A DNA stretch of 62,677 bases, the filler included, from Chiloscyllium plagiosum (Eukaryota): the NCBI RefSeq assembly GCF_004010195.1. It is 3 parts of one record of this genome, joined end to end, with 100 filler letters (N's around TTAATTAATTAA, not from the genome) between each part and the next. Parts side by side here need not be neighbours in the genome. Positions count along the whole stretch, not along the records: positions 17,267 to 42,477 come from NC_057714.1; 2 more parts are not named here. The stretch is one strand, 5' to 3'. Positions 23,105 through 37,425 of this stretch are shown piece by piece; the first letter of the stretch is position 1, and each line of letters opens with the position of its first letter. The notes beneath the pieces are model-generated. The model worked only from the letters and a program-made list of their open reading frames with translations. It made no database searches and was not told the DNA's origin. Made by a program: the position numbers and the translations under genes.

Positions 23105-25357
23105 AATTGCTCAGGATGTACCTACTAGAGAAGGTGCAAAACTTGACCTACTCTTGGGAAATAAGGCAGGGGAGGTGTCAGTGGTGGACCACTTTGGGGC
23201 CAGCAATCATAATTCTATTCGTTTTAAAATAATGATGGAAAAGGATAGACCAGATCTAAAAGTTGAAGTTCTAAATTGGATAAAAGCCAATTTTGAAAGT
23301 ATTAGGCAAGAACTTTCATAAGCTGATTGGGGGCAAATGTTTGGAAAATGGGAAGCCTTCAGAAATGAGATAACAAGAATCCAGAGAAAGTATATTCCTG
23401 TTAGGATGAAAGGAAAGGCTGGTAGGTATATGAAATGCTGGATGATTAAAGAAATTGAGGGTTTGGTTAAGAAAAAGAAGGAAGCATATGTCTGGCATAG
23501 ACAGGATAGATTGAGTGAATCCTTAGAAGAGTATAAAGGCAGTAGGAGTATACTTAAGAGGGAAATCAGGAGGGCAGAAGGGGACATGAGATAGCTTTGG
23601 CAAATAGAATTAAGGAGAATCCAAAGGGGTTTTACAAATACATTAAGGACAAAAGGATAACTAGGCAGAGAATAAGGCCCCTCAAAGATCAGCAAGGCAG
23701 CCTTTGTGTGGAGCCGCAGAAAATGGGGGAGATACTAAATGAGTATTTTGCATCAGTATTTACTGTGAAAAAGGATATGGAAGATATAGAATGTAAGGAA
23801 ATAGATGGTGACACCTTGAAAAATGTCCATATTACAGAGGAGGAAGTGCTGGGTGTCTTGAAACGGTTAAAGGTAGATAAATCCCCAGGACCTGATCAGG
23901 TGTGCCCGAGAACTCTGTGGGAAGCTAGAGAAGATTGATGAGGGCAGAGCAGTAGATGTGATCTATATGGACTTCAGTAAGGCGTCCGACAAGGTTCCCC
24001 ATGGGAGACTGATTAGCAAGGTTAGATCTCCCGGAATACAGGGAGAACTAGCCATTTGGATACAGAACTGGCTCAAAGGTAGAAGACAGAGGGTGATGGT
24101 GGAGAGTTGTTTTTCAGACTGGAGGCCTGTGACCAGTGGAGTGCCACAAGGATCGGTGCTGGGTCCTCTATTCTTTTGTCATTTACATAAATGATTTGGA
24201 TGTGAGCATAATATGTACAGTTAGTAAGTTTGCAGATGACACCAAAATTGCAGGTGTAGTGGACAGCGAAGAAGGTTACCTCAGATTACAATGGGATCTT
24301 GATTAGATGGTCCAATGGGCTAAGAAGTGGTGGATGGTGTTTAATTCGGATAAATGCAAGGTGCTGCATTTTGGGAAAGCAAATCTTAGCAGGATTTATA
24401 CACTTAATGGTAAGTCCTAGGGAGTATGGCTGAACAAAGAGACTTTGGAATGCAGATTCATAGCTCCTTGAAAGTGGAATTGCAAGTGGATAGGGTAGTG
24501 AAGAAGGCATTTGGTATGCTTTCGTTTATTGGGCAGAGTATTAAGTACAGGAGTTGGGAGGTCATGTTGCGGCTGTAAAGGATATTGGTTAGGCCACTGT
24601 TGGAATATTGCGTGCAATTCTGGTCTCGTCCTATTGGAAAGATGTTGTGAAACTTGAAAGGGTTCAGAAAAAATTTACAAAGATGTTGCCAGGGTTGGAG
24701 GATTTGAGCTGTAGGGAGAGGCTGAACAGGCTGGGGCTGTTTTGCCTGGAGCGTCCGAGGCTGAGGGGTGACCTTATAGAGGTTTACAAAATTATGAGGG
24801 GCATGGATAGGGTAAATCGACAAAGTCTTTTCCCTGGGGTCGGGGAGTCCAGAACGAAAGGGCATAGGTTTAGGGTGAGAGGGGAAAGATATAAAAGAGA
24901 CCTAAGGGGCAATTATTTCACACAGAGGGTGGTACGTGTATGGAATGAGCTGCCAGAGGAAGTGGTTGAGACTAGTACAAATGCAACATTTAAAAGGCAT
25001 TTGATTAAAACTCAACTATTTCTACAGTTTGGAAACAGGCCCTTTGGCCCAACAAGTCCACACTGACCCTCCAAAAAGTAACCCACCCAGACCCATTTCC
25101 CTCTGACTAATGCATCTAACACTATGGGCAATTTAGCATGGCCAATACACCTGACCTGCACATCTTTGGACTGTGGGAGGAAACCGGAGCACCCGGAGGA
25201 AACCCACGCAAACAGGGATGGCTATATGAATAGGAAGGATTTGGAGGGATATGGGCCGGGTGCTGGTAGGTGGGACTAGATTGGGTTGAGATATCTGGTC
25301 AGCATGGACCAAAGGGTCTGTTTCCGTGCTGTACATCCCTATGACTCAATGACTCTA
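23105..25357 (+). mobile_element. CR1/HER1-type LINE, 5' truncated, with an internal deletion and a SINE insertion
   Basis: ORF2 fragments (LKVDKSPGPD, IYMDFSKASDKVPHGRL, VTSGVPQGSVLGPL, KFADDTK) and tail ctatgactcaatgactct. Confidence 0.95.
25022..25212 (-). mobile_element. HE1 SINE 3' part inserted in a CR1 3' end
   Basis: Reverse complement of the HE1 body and tail. CR1 resumes at ggatggctatatgaatagg. Confidence 0.85.
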
Positions 25358-27219
25358 ATAGTGGCAAACACATGCTTTACAGGATTAGGGGCAGCACTGT
25401 TACAGGTATGAATTGAAAAATGCAGACAGTCTAATATGTGTAATTGATACTTACATAATCATTATCAGAAATAGAGAAAATACAGCAGTAATTGAAAAGG
25501 AAGCTTTAGCTGCTACATGATCATGAGAGAAACAGAATAACTATGTCTTAACTCCTCACATAGCAATTAAAATAAACCACAAACCTTTTGTCACATTCTT
25601 TTGAATTCAAAAGAGCTTGCAACAATACCATCAAGGTTCAAAGACTGAATGAATTTAAGATTGTGAGGTTTGATATGGTATACGTTCAAGGGAAACGACA
25701 GCAAATGCATTATTTTGCATTGAAACAATACTAAATTTGTGGAAAAAAATTGAGGAATATGTAATAATAAAAATCTGTACATTATTGACAATTACATAAA
25801 TCTGAGTGAAATAAAAGATGCTCAAAATTCTCAGATATGGAATATAAGTGGATTAGAGATTGGTGGATTTGAGGGTCCTATCTTGAGACTGCATTTCTAG
25901 CAGTGAGCACATCTGACAACGACCAAGGTTTTAACTGTATATAAATGACAGAACTGTAATTGCAAGGGGAAGCAAGTTGACTTTCTTCAGGCTTGGGTTG
26001 TGTTCTTTTACTGCAACAAAAGGGAGAGCTCTTTCTGTTTCTGAGGTTTGATGGTTTCTGACCAAAATTCACACTCACAAGCTGTTCAGCTACCTGGGAG
26101 CCAATCATATAGTTGTTGGCAAACAGAAGACTTTGTCATTGACAACTAGTCACTATTCCATAGATCAATCAGTTACATATTGGCAGCCAAATCTCCCTTC
26201 ATACACATCACCTTGCGCCAGCTCATCTGTAGTAACCTCCCCAACAATTTGAACAAACAGCATTGTAAGCAGCACTTAGACTGAATGTCAGGTAACTGAT
26301 TTTTAAGAAGTGCAGCAATCTTTTCCACAATCTTTGTTTTCATTAAAAAAACTTTTTCAATTTCAGTCCACAATCAAAAATATAGATAAATAAAAAGATA
26401 CTGTGTTTGGACTTCCATGTGAAAAGATAATTTATTTTTCAAATTCTGTTAGCCTACAATTTCTATGCTCCTTTTCTTATCATTTCTGTATTACGTAATT
26501 GAGTTCAATCATTCTATAGGTTTGGGCATATGCTTCATTCACTGCACAGAAGGGCAGGCTAAAGCACAGTAAGATATTATCTGAAAACTCATCTAAGGAA
26601 TTTAAACAACCCACTCACTCTTTCTTCTGATAAGCTGGAACTATTAAAAACATTTTTGTCTCAAAAGAACTATCTATATTACAAAATATTCTTACATGAA
26701 CATTTTATTGTAGCAGTTAGGCTTTATTTCACCTACTTTATTCATGCAACAAGAGCCAATTTCAAAGACTAATGCCTACTCCAATAAATGCCAACAATAC
26801 AGAAACTGTTGATACAGGCAGTCATCCAGGTACCTGTCGGGATCAGCTTTATATGTAAATGCGAACACAATTTTGATTTGACACTCCTGCTTTAAATGAT
26901 CAGTGTGAAATTTCAGATTCTGGATGGTAGTTTACCCATATTGTTTCAACAAGACCCTAATCTCAATTTTGGCCAATCATTAAGACCCCTGCTTTTATAT
27001 GCATTCCATGCATTGTTAGTCTCAGCCAATTTGCACCTATTTATGATCCTGTAGCCATTGAACATCAGTCTAAATTACTTTCTGGAATTATATAAAGGGC
27101 TTTTACTATTATATTTTTCCACACAAAGTATCATTAAGTAAAGTGCATTTTACAACATGATGTATTTTGTAAAAGCTTTACCATTGTGTAAATGTTATTA
27201 TTGATTATTGTGCTCTTAC

Positions 27220-27313
27220 CTGATAAAATATTATCTGTTTTTATTGCTGGAAACTTCAAAGTCATCTCATGCTTATGCCTGTGAATCATCAGGTGATCCT
27301 CTGTTGGAAATCT
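27220..27313 (-). CDS. CREB5: CREB5 (CRE-BPa) internal coding exon encoding the C-terminal half of the N-terminal C2H2 zinc finger
   Basis: The reverse strand reads ...tttacctgacag|AGATTTCCAACAGAGGATCAC...AATATTTTATCAG|gtaagag, 94 bp with canonical AG/GT. It translates RFPTEDHLMIHRHKHEMTLKFPAIKTDNILS(D). Recalled human CREB5 is RFPTEDHLMIHRHKHEMTLKFPSIKTDNMLSD, whereas ATF2/ATF7 differ (RFTNEDHLAVHKHKHEMTLKFGP). It is too short to appear in the ORF track. Confidence 0.95.
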
Positions 27314-30300
27314 CTGTCAGGTAAACAAAGTTTACATTAACAGACATTAATTGTAAAAAAAAAAGTGGTTCATTTTAATTCAATCAGTTATAAATGTGTT
27401 TCCACTTACTATGAATTTGCGTTGAACACAAAAACTGATACATTTGAAAAGAAAAATCATGTTGTGGACATTTGGCTACCTCAATAATTTAAACATGTGC
27501 AACTTGAAACTTACCAGTGATTAATGAAGTTTTCTAAGTACAGTATATAACACAGTGTCTTCAGTAAGTATTAATGTGTCAAATTTATTGTAAAATTGAA
27601 TTGTACATACCACAACACAATTTATCTTTTCCAAAGTCATTTCCAAACAACTCCATAAGTACTCTCTTCAGCTGGAACAGCAACCTAGCAGGCTCCAATC
27701 TACTGCCTCTTTTTGACAGCTGACGATAAAAGATAATAGCCTGCTTTCAGTGCTGAACAGTGGTCAACAGTATGCATCCCAGATAGGAGGCTTAGTGACA
27801 GCCCAAAATTGGCCCTCAGGCCTCATTACAAATATTTGGATGAACCTCCTTCAAAAGGCTCCATGGACACCTTGCTCCTTTTGTAAAGAGGAGTGTCACA
27901 CTGCTTGCCTCACTGGTTGGAGCCTAAAGGAAGTTCTGGGGATTGGGGATGCAGACAGTCAATGAAGGGGAAGCACAATTCTAATTGCTATGGAATCCAT
28001 GGAGTGCCTGGCTCCTCATATCTCTATAGCAACGAATGTGGATTTATTTTCAAATAAATGTATATCATTGGTGACTCCAGGGACCACTGAAAAATCCCAA
28101 ACAGAGCAGCCCTTCTTCGCTCATCGCCAAACAATTTTCAGGAGAAAGGGACCTCAGTTACATCCTTTATTTTCTTTGTGGGGCTCTTAATATTCATTTA
28201 CGTGGCTGCTAGGAATGCCTCAAACTTGAACCCAATAGCTTTATCAGTGACCTGTACACTTATGTAGATTGAATGCAGACCATCCCTGTGCTGAACTGGC
28301 CATTAATTTACAGCCAAAAAAATGGGCAGAGTGCATACTAATTCCATCTACTTAATTTATTCTGCCATGTTCGTATTAGTTTCAGAACTGCCAGAGTGGG
28401 AGACAATGAGTGAAGTAATTTAAATAATAATGGAAACTCTACATATGTACAATTTGATTGATTGATTCCAAATTGTCCCATATGAATTTGTGAAGATTAT
28501 TGGTAAGGTAACAACTAATAGCTCTTGGGATTCTTTTCTGCTTAATTAATTAATATCCACTACCATACCTGCTCTCAAGTCTAGAAGGTAGACTATGCAC
28601 TTTGTAATGTTGTCAACCTCAAATGGACAGTAAGACTAATGAGTGGGTTAGATCAAGAATAGAAGCTCAGGAATGAATAGGGTTGTTAAGCAGTTAGATA
28701 TAGAAAGATGCAAAAGCCAAGTACAGACAATGGAAACAAGAACCCAAAAGCCTGACCATGGTTACAACTAATTGATAGCAAAAACGAGAGGAAGAAAAGA
28801 TATTGAATGGGTGGATAACTTTGAGTCATTGGCCAAGAAGGATTGTAGAAAATCAGAGTAAAAGAAAGACATTGTCAACAACCCCATTAAGGCTACGGTG
28901 AAAATGAATAAATGAATGTCAGCAACTAAAACCGAGATTTTTCAGTCAGTCACAATGAAATAACACTTGTCACTCACTGCACTAAAAGCTGCCTGAAGCT
29001 TATAGTCTTTTGACAGATACTTGCAGTTATTAGCCTCCTGATCAAGTACAGTTCCCTCCATAGGGGATTCTTGATATCCATGACCAGGAAATTAAATAGT
29101 GACTTTCAAACACTCAGATTGAAAATTTCTCACTGAGGCACATTGGGCTCAACATTTTATAGACATTAAAAAAGGGCCGGGGGAATCGTAATACAGGAAT
29201 TAACCATTTCTCACTGTTTCAATGCAGACAACATGTCAAATTTCAGTTCCTACTAATTTGTATGTTTGCTACCTGCAGCAAATACTAAACATGTAGTTGA
29301 GTAGTTCCATGCCTCAACAGGGGCCCAAGTTTGCAAGAAGACAACAACACAAAATTTACCTGCATTAGCAAATGTCAACCCGAGAGATTTATTCTTTAGG
29401 TATTAGAAATACTTGTAGTTGTAAGCGTGAGTTTGAAAAAAGGTGAATTATGTCACAAAGTGGAGACACTATAGCCTGAGGTTCCCTAATGCTGCCTTGG
29501 ATGCCTAATGGAAATGGTGATCCAGTGATCTCAGACAAGTAGTCAAGTTAGCTATATTTCTTCAAATGTCATATTTCACTAACTGCACTAATAGCTTCAC
29601 AGACATTTCATCCATGTCATCCAAATATGTCTGTCAATTATGGCTCTCTCTTAACATTCATAGCTTCACCTCACCTTCCCAAACTTGCACTGCTGTATGC
29701 CTCACACTCATATCTCTCAGCTTACACACTCCCAGATATTCAATCATGACAACCACCACAGTCACCAACTTCCTCTCTCCTACAAGACAAGGTGGTGCAC
29801 ATAGAGACAACAGGAATAACAAGGGTCAGGTGTACCAATATGTCCTTACCATAGAGAAGGAAGTACATGAGAATGCCCATTTATAAAACTGTGGGCAATG
29901 ACAGGGACAGAAATCAGAATATGATGGTACCCTATTTTTACTTCTCTCTAATCTCACAATATATACTGTTTTATACAATACAGATGCATCTGAATGCATC
30001 TTTTACATTCTCCCAGATCACAAGTATATCTTTCCACTATTCTTCCTTCAGGTATGCAAGGAATGCCACTTGGCCAGGCAACACGTGGAAAAGCAAGAAA
30101 ATCAGCATGAAAAATATCACTTAATTTCAGAATCACAACCAAAAGCTTGGCCACTGACACTGCAATTTAGTGAATTACAATGGCAAGATCTGCATATGCT
30201 GAGACACTAGGTATAAGCACCCTGCATCAACAGGACATGAGCTCTAATGCAAAACATTCATGTGAGCACTAAGAAAGGGCAAGTTACAGCAGAAGGCTGA

Positions 30301-30954
30301 TAGCTATGCATCATGAAAGCTTGGTGCACTGACAGGCCTACTAGAAAACCCACATGCAAGGTCAAGCAACATGTTGGAGTATGGTATTAACTCTCCCTAG
30401 AGTTTGGAGTCAGTCCATGTAAATTGTGGTCAAATATCAAATTAATGATAATGGTGTACAAATAAATCACTTCAATAGGTTAACAGTGTGAAAGATGTGT
30501 TCAACACTCATTGGTCTTGTCATGTACCTCATCAGATTCTGGTTCAATTACTTTCTGTATATGCCTCTGGTGAGATAGCAGGTTGTCTGCCTTGATGCTT
30601 AAAGGGTGCTCCTTGTGAATAATTGGTTTGGCTCAATCTATAGCTCTTTGTCGCTGCATCAACCTACATTCTAGCAGACTGCCTCAACAAATGGCCAATT
30701 ATACCACATGCCTTAAAACAAGTTAATTGAAAGCAGGGGATTACCTTGATGAATATAAAAGATTATACCTACAACATGAATTGCTATATTTGGATGTTCT
30801 AGTAACTGTGTCAACCATTGAGTTTGTACTTTGAACCTGAAAGCTTTGTTGACCAAAGCGGATCATTTCATATTTGCTTCTATTCTTCAGTAGATGTATG
30901 ACATGACAAGTCTTCAGTTTGTCTCAAACCTTTCTGTAAAACTTCCATGTATTA

Positions 30955-31240
30955 GAATTAGAATCAGAATCAGAATCCCTACCAACCCATACTCATTTCC
31001 CTGTTACTCTACATTTACCCCTGACTAATGCACATCCCTGAACACCATGGGCAATTTAGCATGGCCAATTCACCTAATCTGCACATCTTTGGACTGTGGA
31101 AGGAAACTTGAGCACCCGGAGGAAACTGACGCAAACATGGGGAGAATGCGCAAACTCCACACAGACAGTCGCCCAAGGCTGGAATCAAACCTGGGTCCCT
31201 GGTGCTGTGAGGCAGCAGTGTTAACCACTGAGCTATCATG
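30955..31240 (-). mobile_element. HE1 SINE
   Basis: Reverse HE1 head and body with a (gaatc/t)n tail. Confidence 0.9.
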
Positions 31241-31872
31241 CCAGTTGAATGTGGTCACCAACTCAACATTTCTATTTTCAAGATCCCCATCTGAAAAGTC
31301 ACAAATCATTTTCTTTGTAGCTGCTTACAAAGTGATCTTAGGAATGTGAAGGATTCTGTCTCAGTGACATGAATATAAGTTGATGTTTATGCTAATTTAA
31401 ATCTGTTTCTGAATTGGTCCATAGCTTTCGACTACCTTGTATCGCTTCAACTGTTTATCTTGATGCATTTAAGTCCATATAGACTTTCTTCCCCAATTGC
31501 TAAACAAATGTGATGGCTTGACTTTCTGCACTAAACACATCAGAGTCTAGAAACCATAGCTCTGAACTTTCGAAATTCTGTTAGGAGGTATCTGATGTTC
31601 CAATTTAACAAGGGAATTTTGTGGATATTCTGACAAGGTTTCTTGACATTCCCTTCCTGGCTAGTGAACCAACACACAGACAATGCCTAGTCTTGCCTTT
31701 TAAATGTTTTCTTCTTGAAAAAAAAATTGCTGTAATTCTGCTTCCAGAATTCAATTTCATTGTGGAGCTGTGAGCTTGTTGATTTCTTCAAGGCATATTT
31801 CATAGAGGTTGTACTCGCTGCTCTATAGTGCTGCCCTGCTGCATATCTTTTTGCAGATATTTCATGAATTCA

Positions 31873-32997
31873 AAGTTTTTGAGAAGATTTGTAGCTCGGG
31901 TGCTTGTTGTTGTGGTTCTGTTCGCCAAGCTGGGAATTTGTGTTGCAGATGTTTCGTCCCCTGTCTAGGTGACATCCTCAGTGCTTGGGAGCCTCCTGTG
32001 AAGCGCTTCTGTGATGTTTCCTCCGGCATTTATAGTGGGGGTTTGTCTCTGCCACTTCCGGTTGTCAGTTCCAGCTGTCCACTGCAGTGGTCGGTATATT
32101 GGGTCCAGGTCAATGTGTTTGTTGATAGAATCTGTGAATGACTGCCATGCCTCTAGGAATTCCCTGGCTGTTCTCTGTTTGGCTTGTCCTATAATAGTAG
32201 TGTTGTCCCAGTTGAACTCATGTTGCTTGTCATCTGCGTGTGTGGCTACTAAGGATAGCTGGTCGTGTCGTTTCGTGGCTAGTTGGTGTTCATGGATACG
32301 GATTGTTAGCTGTCTTCCTGTTGGTTGTCCTTTCTAGACTCCCATTCCTAGACATGATGGTACAGAGAACACCAAACGGAGAATTCACCACAAAAGTATA
32401 CAGGCAAACCATACACACAGACCAAGTCCTGAACTATGAAAGCAACCACCCCAACACACACAAAAGAAGTTGCATCAAGACACTGTTCAAAAGGGCCACA
32501 ACACACTGCAGCACACCAGAACTGCAAAAAGAGGAAGAAGAACACCGATACAATGTATTCGCCAAAAACGGATACCCCCGCAATTTCATCAACAGATGCC
32601 GATGGTCGTGTCGTTTCGTGGCTAGTTGGTGTTCATGGATACGACCAGCTATCCTTAGTAGCCACACACGCAGATGACAAGCAACATGAGTTCGATTGGG
32701 ACAACACTACTATTATAGGACAAGCCAAACAGAGAACAGCCAGGGAATTCCTAGAGGCATGGCACTCATCCACAAACTCCATCAACAAACACATCGACCT
32801 GGACCCAATATACCGGCCACTGCAGCGGACAGCTGGAACTGACAACCGGAAGCGGCAGAGACAAACCACTATAAATACCAGAGGAAACATCACAGAAGCG
32901 CTTCACAGGAGGCTCCCAAGCACTGACGATGTCACCTAGACAGGGGACGAAATGTCTGCAACACAAATTCCCAGCTCGGAGAACAGAACCACAACAT
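31873..32997. mobile_element. Palindromic Penelope-like element (family 3, Poseidon-like)
   Basis: RT thumb LPFLDMMVQRTPNGEFTTKVYRQTIHTDQVLNYESNHP and endonuclease tail HEFDWDNTTIIGQAKQRTAREFLEAWHS. The left arm is the reverse complement of the right arm. Confidence 0.92.
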
Positions 32998-33879
32998 GCT
33001 ATATATGTTTTTGCTATTTCTCCTCAGTCTTTTTGTGGATACTTGTTGGTTGGTTAAAATCCACAACTGTCCACTGCTGCCACTATGCCTTTTTAATGAT
33101 ATTGGTCTAAGAATCAATCACTTCTCAGGGACTGATTAACTGTATAGCTTAGTTTATTTTAAACACATTACAAATTACAAAATAATACACTACAGCAGAG
33201 TGACTGAGTTGAGTATGTATTCTGCCTATACACCCAGCCAGGATAATTGGAGTAGCAGCCTTATTACTGTACCTGGATTCCTTAAATGTAAAGTCTCTTG
33301 AAGATAAAGATACACATATAACAAACTCCATTAACAGACTTGGGGCCTTGCAAATTGTGCAACTAGGGCTGAAGAAAAGATTTTAAATTTTTCGTTCAAT
33401 ATTCCTCAATACTCATTTGAGCTGTCCTATTCATATTTAGATATTTGTAGATGCTTTTAATGTTTGGTGGTTTATATTGTTTGTCTATTTTATTTCACAT
33501 TCAAATTTGTCATGTATTTTTAGTAATCCTTTGTTGTTTTATAAAATGTTCCCAGTCTTCAGTTTTTCTTTTAAAAATGAGGGAGGGTTGAGCATTCAGG
33601 TGAGGGAAGATTTGGCATGTTGAAGAGGAAAATCAGCACAAAATGCAGGTAATGATAACCAGAGTATTTCAGGCAGAAGCAAAGCATATTAACATAAGAA
33701 TCCACCAGCAAACAAATGTTAGAGTAGGGAAGTATGATAAAAAGACAGATCTTAAGTTTCTTATATGAATTGTGCATATGCATGTAGCTTCCATTTAAAA
33801 AATGGTGAATTGATAGCACCATTAGACATCAGTCAGTATTCTATAATAACTGTTAAAAGAGACATGATTGAAATATGAC

Positions 33880-35130
33880 CATGGCTATCCTCTAAATATT
33901 CAAGAGTATTTTGATATTTCAGAAGAACAGGAGGAAAGAAAAATGAGGCAGGTTACTTTGCTAACAAAGGATGAGTCACTACAGTTAAAGTACTGCGCAA
34001 TTACCTTGGTTCAGAGAATCAAAATATAGAATCGATTTGAGTAGAAGTAAGAAATAGCAAAAGGAAAACGTCAGCAGTGAGAAATGACTATAGGTCCTCT
34101 GACATTAGCTACACTGCAGGACAGCATTTAAATCTCAGCATAGGTGTAGCCACAACCAGCATCTGAAGCACGAATAACTAAGATACTACAATAATTATGG
34201 GAGATAGTAATCTTCATGTGGATTAGATGAATCATGTTAATAGAGTTTGTTTAGGAAGCCTCTTAGAACAATTGGTTCTGGAACCAACCAACAAACAGGT
34301 CATTTTAGATGTGCTAACGTTTAATGAGACAGGATTAATTAGTGATTTATAGTAAAGGATCCTTTTGGTAAGAGTGATCATAGCATGCTAGAGTTTCATA
34401 TTCAGTTTGAAGATGAGAAATATGGGTCTGAAATTAAAGTTTTAAACTAAGTTAAGGAAATTGCAGGAATATTAAGATAGAGTTGGTTAAATTGGAATAG
34501 GAAAATAGGTTGAGCAGGTTGGAATTGTACTCCCTGGAGCAGAGAAGAAAAAAGAAATGGTTTTATTGAAACATATATGTTTCTAAGGGAGATTGATATT
34601 GAGATGCTGACAAGATGGGTAGGGTCTTGCAGCATTGAGGTCTCAACAGTAAATTGGAGAGCCGGAGGGAGAGCAACGTTGCCTTTTCTGGCAAAAGCCT
34701 GTTAAATCAGATGCCAATCAGGCCAGGTGTGAGATCAGCTTCCTTTGGAATTAAGACCCCATGGACCCCAAGGCTCACAGGTCTTGAGCTCAGCAGTAGC
34801 ACACAGCTGTGTTGCTGGTGGAAAGACATCCCTGGAGTGCCAGGATCGTAGAACAGCCAAGACAAAGGTAAATTATGTCAAGGAGGCAGCAGTTTGGGCT
34901 GATCTTCAGGGTTCAGTTGCTCCACTGTGAGCAGTGAAAATCGAAATCAATTGAAAATACTTAGGACCATGTGAGACCACGTGACCACAGGAGTCAAGGG
35001 TATGGAGTTGGCATGAAAGTGGAGTTAAAGCCACAATCAGATCAGCCTTGAACTTGTTGAATAATGGAATAGGTTTGTTAGGTTGGATGGTCTTCTTCTA
35101 CTCCTACTTCTTATATTCTTATGGTCTTAT
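33880..35130 (+). mobile_element. Old degraded CR1-type LINE with an unclassified insert (~34620-34990)
   Basis: Endonuclease remnants (ataattatgggagat, aagagtgatcatagcatgctagagttt) and tail ctcctacttcttatattcttatggtcttat. Confidence 0.6.
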
Positions 35131-37425
35131 GGACATAGCCATGGAGCAGCATCTCAAGAGATATCTCAGAGTCCACAGCAACAGAAGCAGAAACCACCAA
35201 TGTTTTGGAGTTATAGCACAATTTTAATTTGAAAACATATATGATCAAGTGGCTGCCATGCGAGCTCAGACTGCTGCCATCATGGTTATATAATCAATTG
35301 TTCAAAGGGACTTGCAGGCTGTTGCCCAATCTGTCCTCTAACAGGTCACTAAGATTGCTGAAGCAATATCACAGCCAAGTGGAGCATAAGTCTGTTGTTC
35401 TCTCTCAAAATGCACTGCATTATGACTAAATTCACAGCAGTAACAGAAGAATAGTAAGTAGTGGGACCACTGGTAAATAGAGAGTCGGGGTTGTTTTACA
35501 GATACTGCAGTTAGATGTGATAATCCCAGACAGAATCAACAACCCAGTCGGAGGTGAGTAATCTTCTTTCTCTTCTTCCTCCCACTACTATGCTTATCAT
35601 TGTTAAAACTGGTGGCAATGGCTCTGCCCTCAAGACTGTTCAACATGTGGGTGTCCGGCAAGAAACTTGAAACCCACTCTTCCGAGTTTTGCAGGATTCC
35701 TGCAGAGTGGAAACAATCGGCTGAAAGCAGACAGGTGGAAACCCAACCACCTCTGACATTATTTTGTCAGCACAGGAAAAGGCATTAGGTAGGTGCCTAA
35801 TTGAGATCTGTAAGAGGGCAATCAATATAAAATAAGTGTTTCATCTCACTGCTACACCAACCTAACAAGCAGCAGAGCTGTGCTCCATACAAATCTGGCA
35901 AGTTGAACACTGCACACTGCTGTTTAGTTAAAGTGGGGGGAGGGGTGCCTCCTTCCTTGTCCTCCTGGCCACTTGAAGGCCCCTGTTACAGTTTTTTTCT
36001 GCCTATCTCAATCACTCCTGAGCCTTTTCTAACTTGCCCCCTTCACACAGACCTTAACCGAGGCCTACCAAAGCAGCGCTGGAGAGTTCCCAGACTTACC
36101 TCAGTTGAGGTCATCCATCGTTCCTTTTACTCCAAGGTCTCCTGCAATATAAGCAATGACCACCGACCTTAGTCTGATATAAAGATGCAGGTCAATCCTA
36201 TGAAGTAGACCTTCCTGCTGGAAATGGACAGAAATCCTGCCTCATACTAATTTAAACATTATCACCTACAAAGTTAAAATGTTGCAAATAAATGCCCTAA
36301 CAAAGATGGCCTGCTTCTGAAATTTATACTGGGATATAGGAAGCCCACTTCAAAATGTAATTGAGAACACTATTATATCACGCAATTGTCTGTTGTAGCA
36401 CATTCTTTGAGGCAATATGATTTTTACTGTACAGATGTCACACATCTATGTATTGATTTTGCACCAGAATTATGAACCATGTTGGCAACAAATAGCCTAC
36501 TTACACAATAAGATACTCTATGGTCTGTTGAGATGACTCAAATGCAGATGGCACAATGGACAGACACAGAATGAAAGTATCATGACTGCTGCCAGCTTAG
36601 CTGATGATTATCTGCCTGATTCCTTTCCTATGTGACGTTGAGGGAGTGGAATCCATTTTGTTTCCAATGTATCTGACAGCTGACATTGTAATACAGGCAA
36701 AGTGACACTCTACACTATGGAGAGGCCTGCATTCTTGTAAAGCCACGTGCAATGTTCATTCCATCTGCCTCTCTCTGGAACGAATTAAACGTATTCAGCT
36801 CAGACACATATATTTGATGGCCACAATCACCTTCACAGCCTCTGGCAATGCTGCTCCCTGTTGTCCCCTCAGGCTGCAGCAGGTGGGAGTTTTCAGTGAG
36901 GGCATCCTTACTGAAGTACAGTCATCCGATCACTGTTCCTCACTAAGGTTCAGATTGGAGAATTATATGCTGAAATCCGAAGGCTCATATGACGGCCAAC
37001 TGATCTGAACCCTTCTCTCTTTCTTCCTTCTCACTCTCTGGCAGCATGTTCTGTGCTATTGTCACCAATCATTCCCCTCATCATGCTTAATGCACCCGGT
37101 GAATGCATACTACAACCATATCAGGGAATAAATGATTTTTGCAGAATCCTTGAGATAAGGAGACAGTCCTCCAGTCCATGGAATATCTGTCCTTGTGGAC
37201 TTCAGCACCTTTAAAGAATTCTCTACATCAAAAAATATTTCTACAATTATAGCAACAGCTAACAGAATTATGCAGGAAATCACATGCAAATGGTTGATGG
37301 TCCCTGTAAATAGTGCTTTTGAAGGGGTTCTTTCATGCTAATGAACACGTATTCAACTGTGTGAAGTTACCAGATAGCATTAACTGAAGTTTCTAACTCA
37401 CAATGTGCCATCTTTGACTACATGA

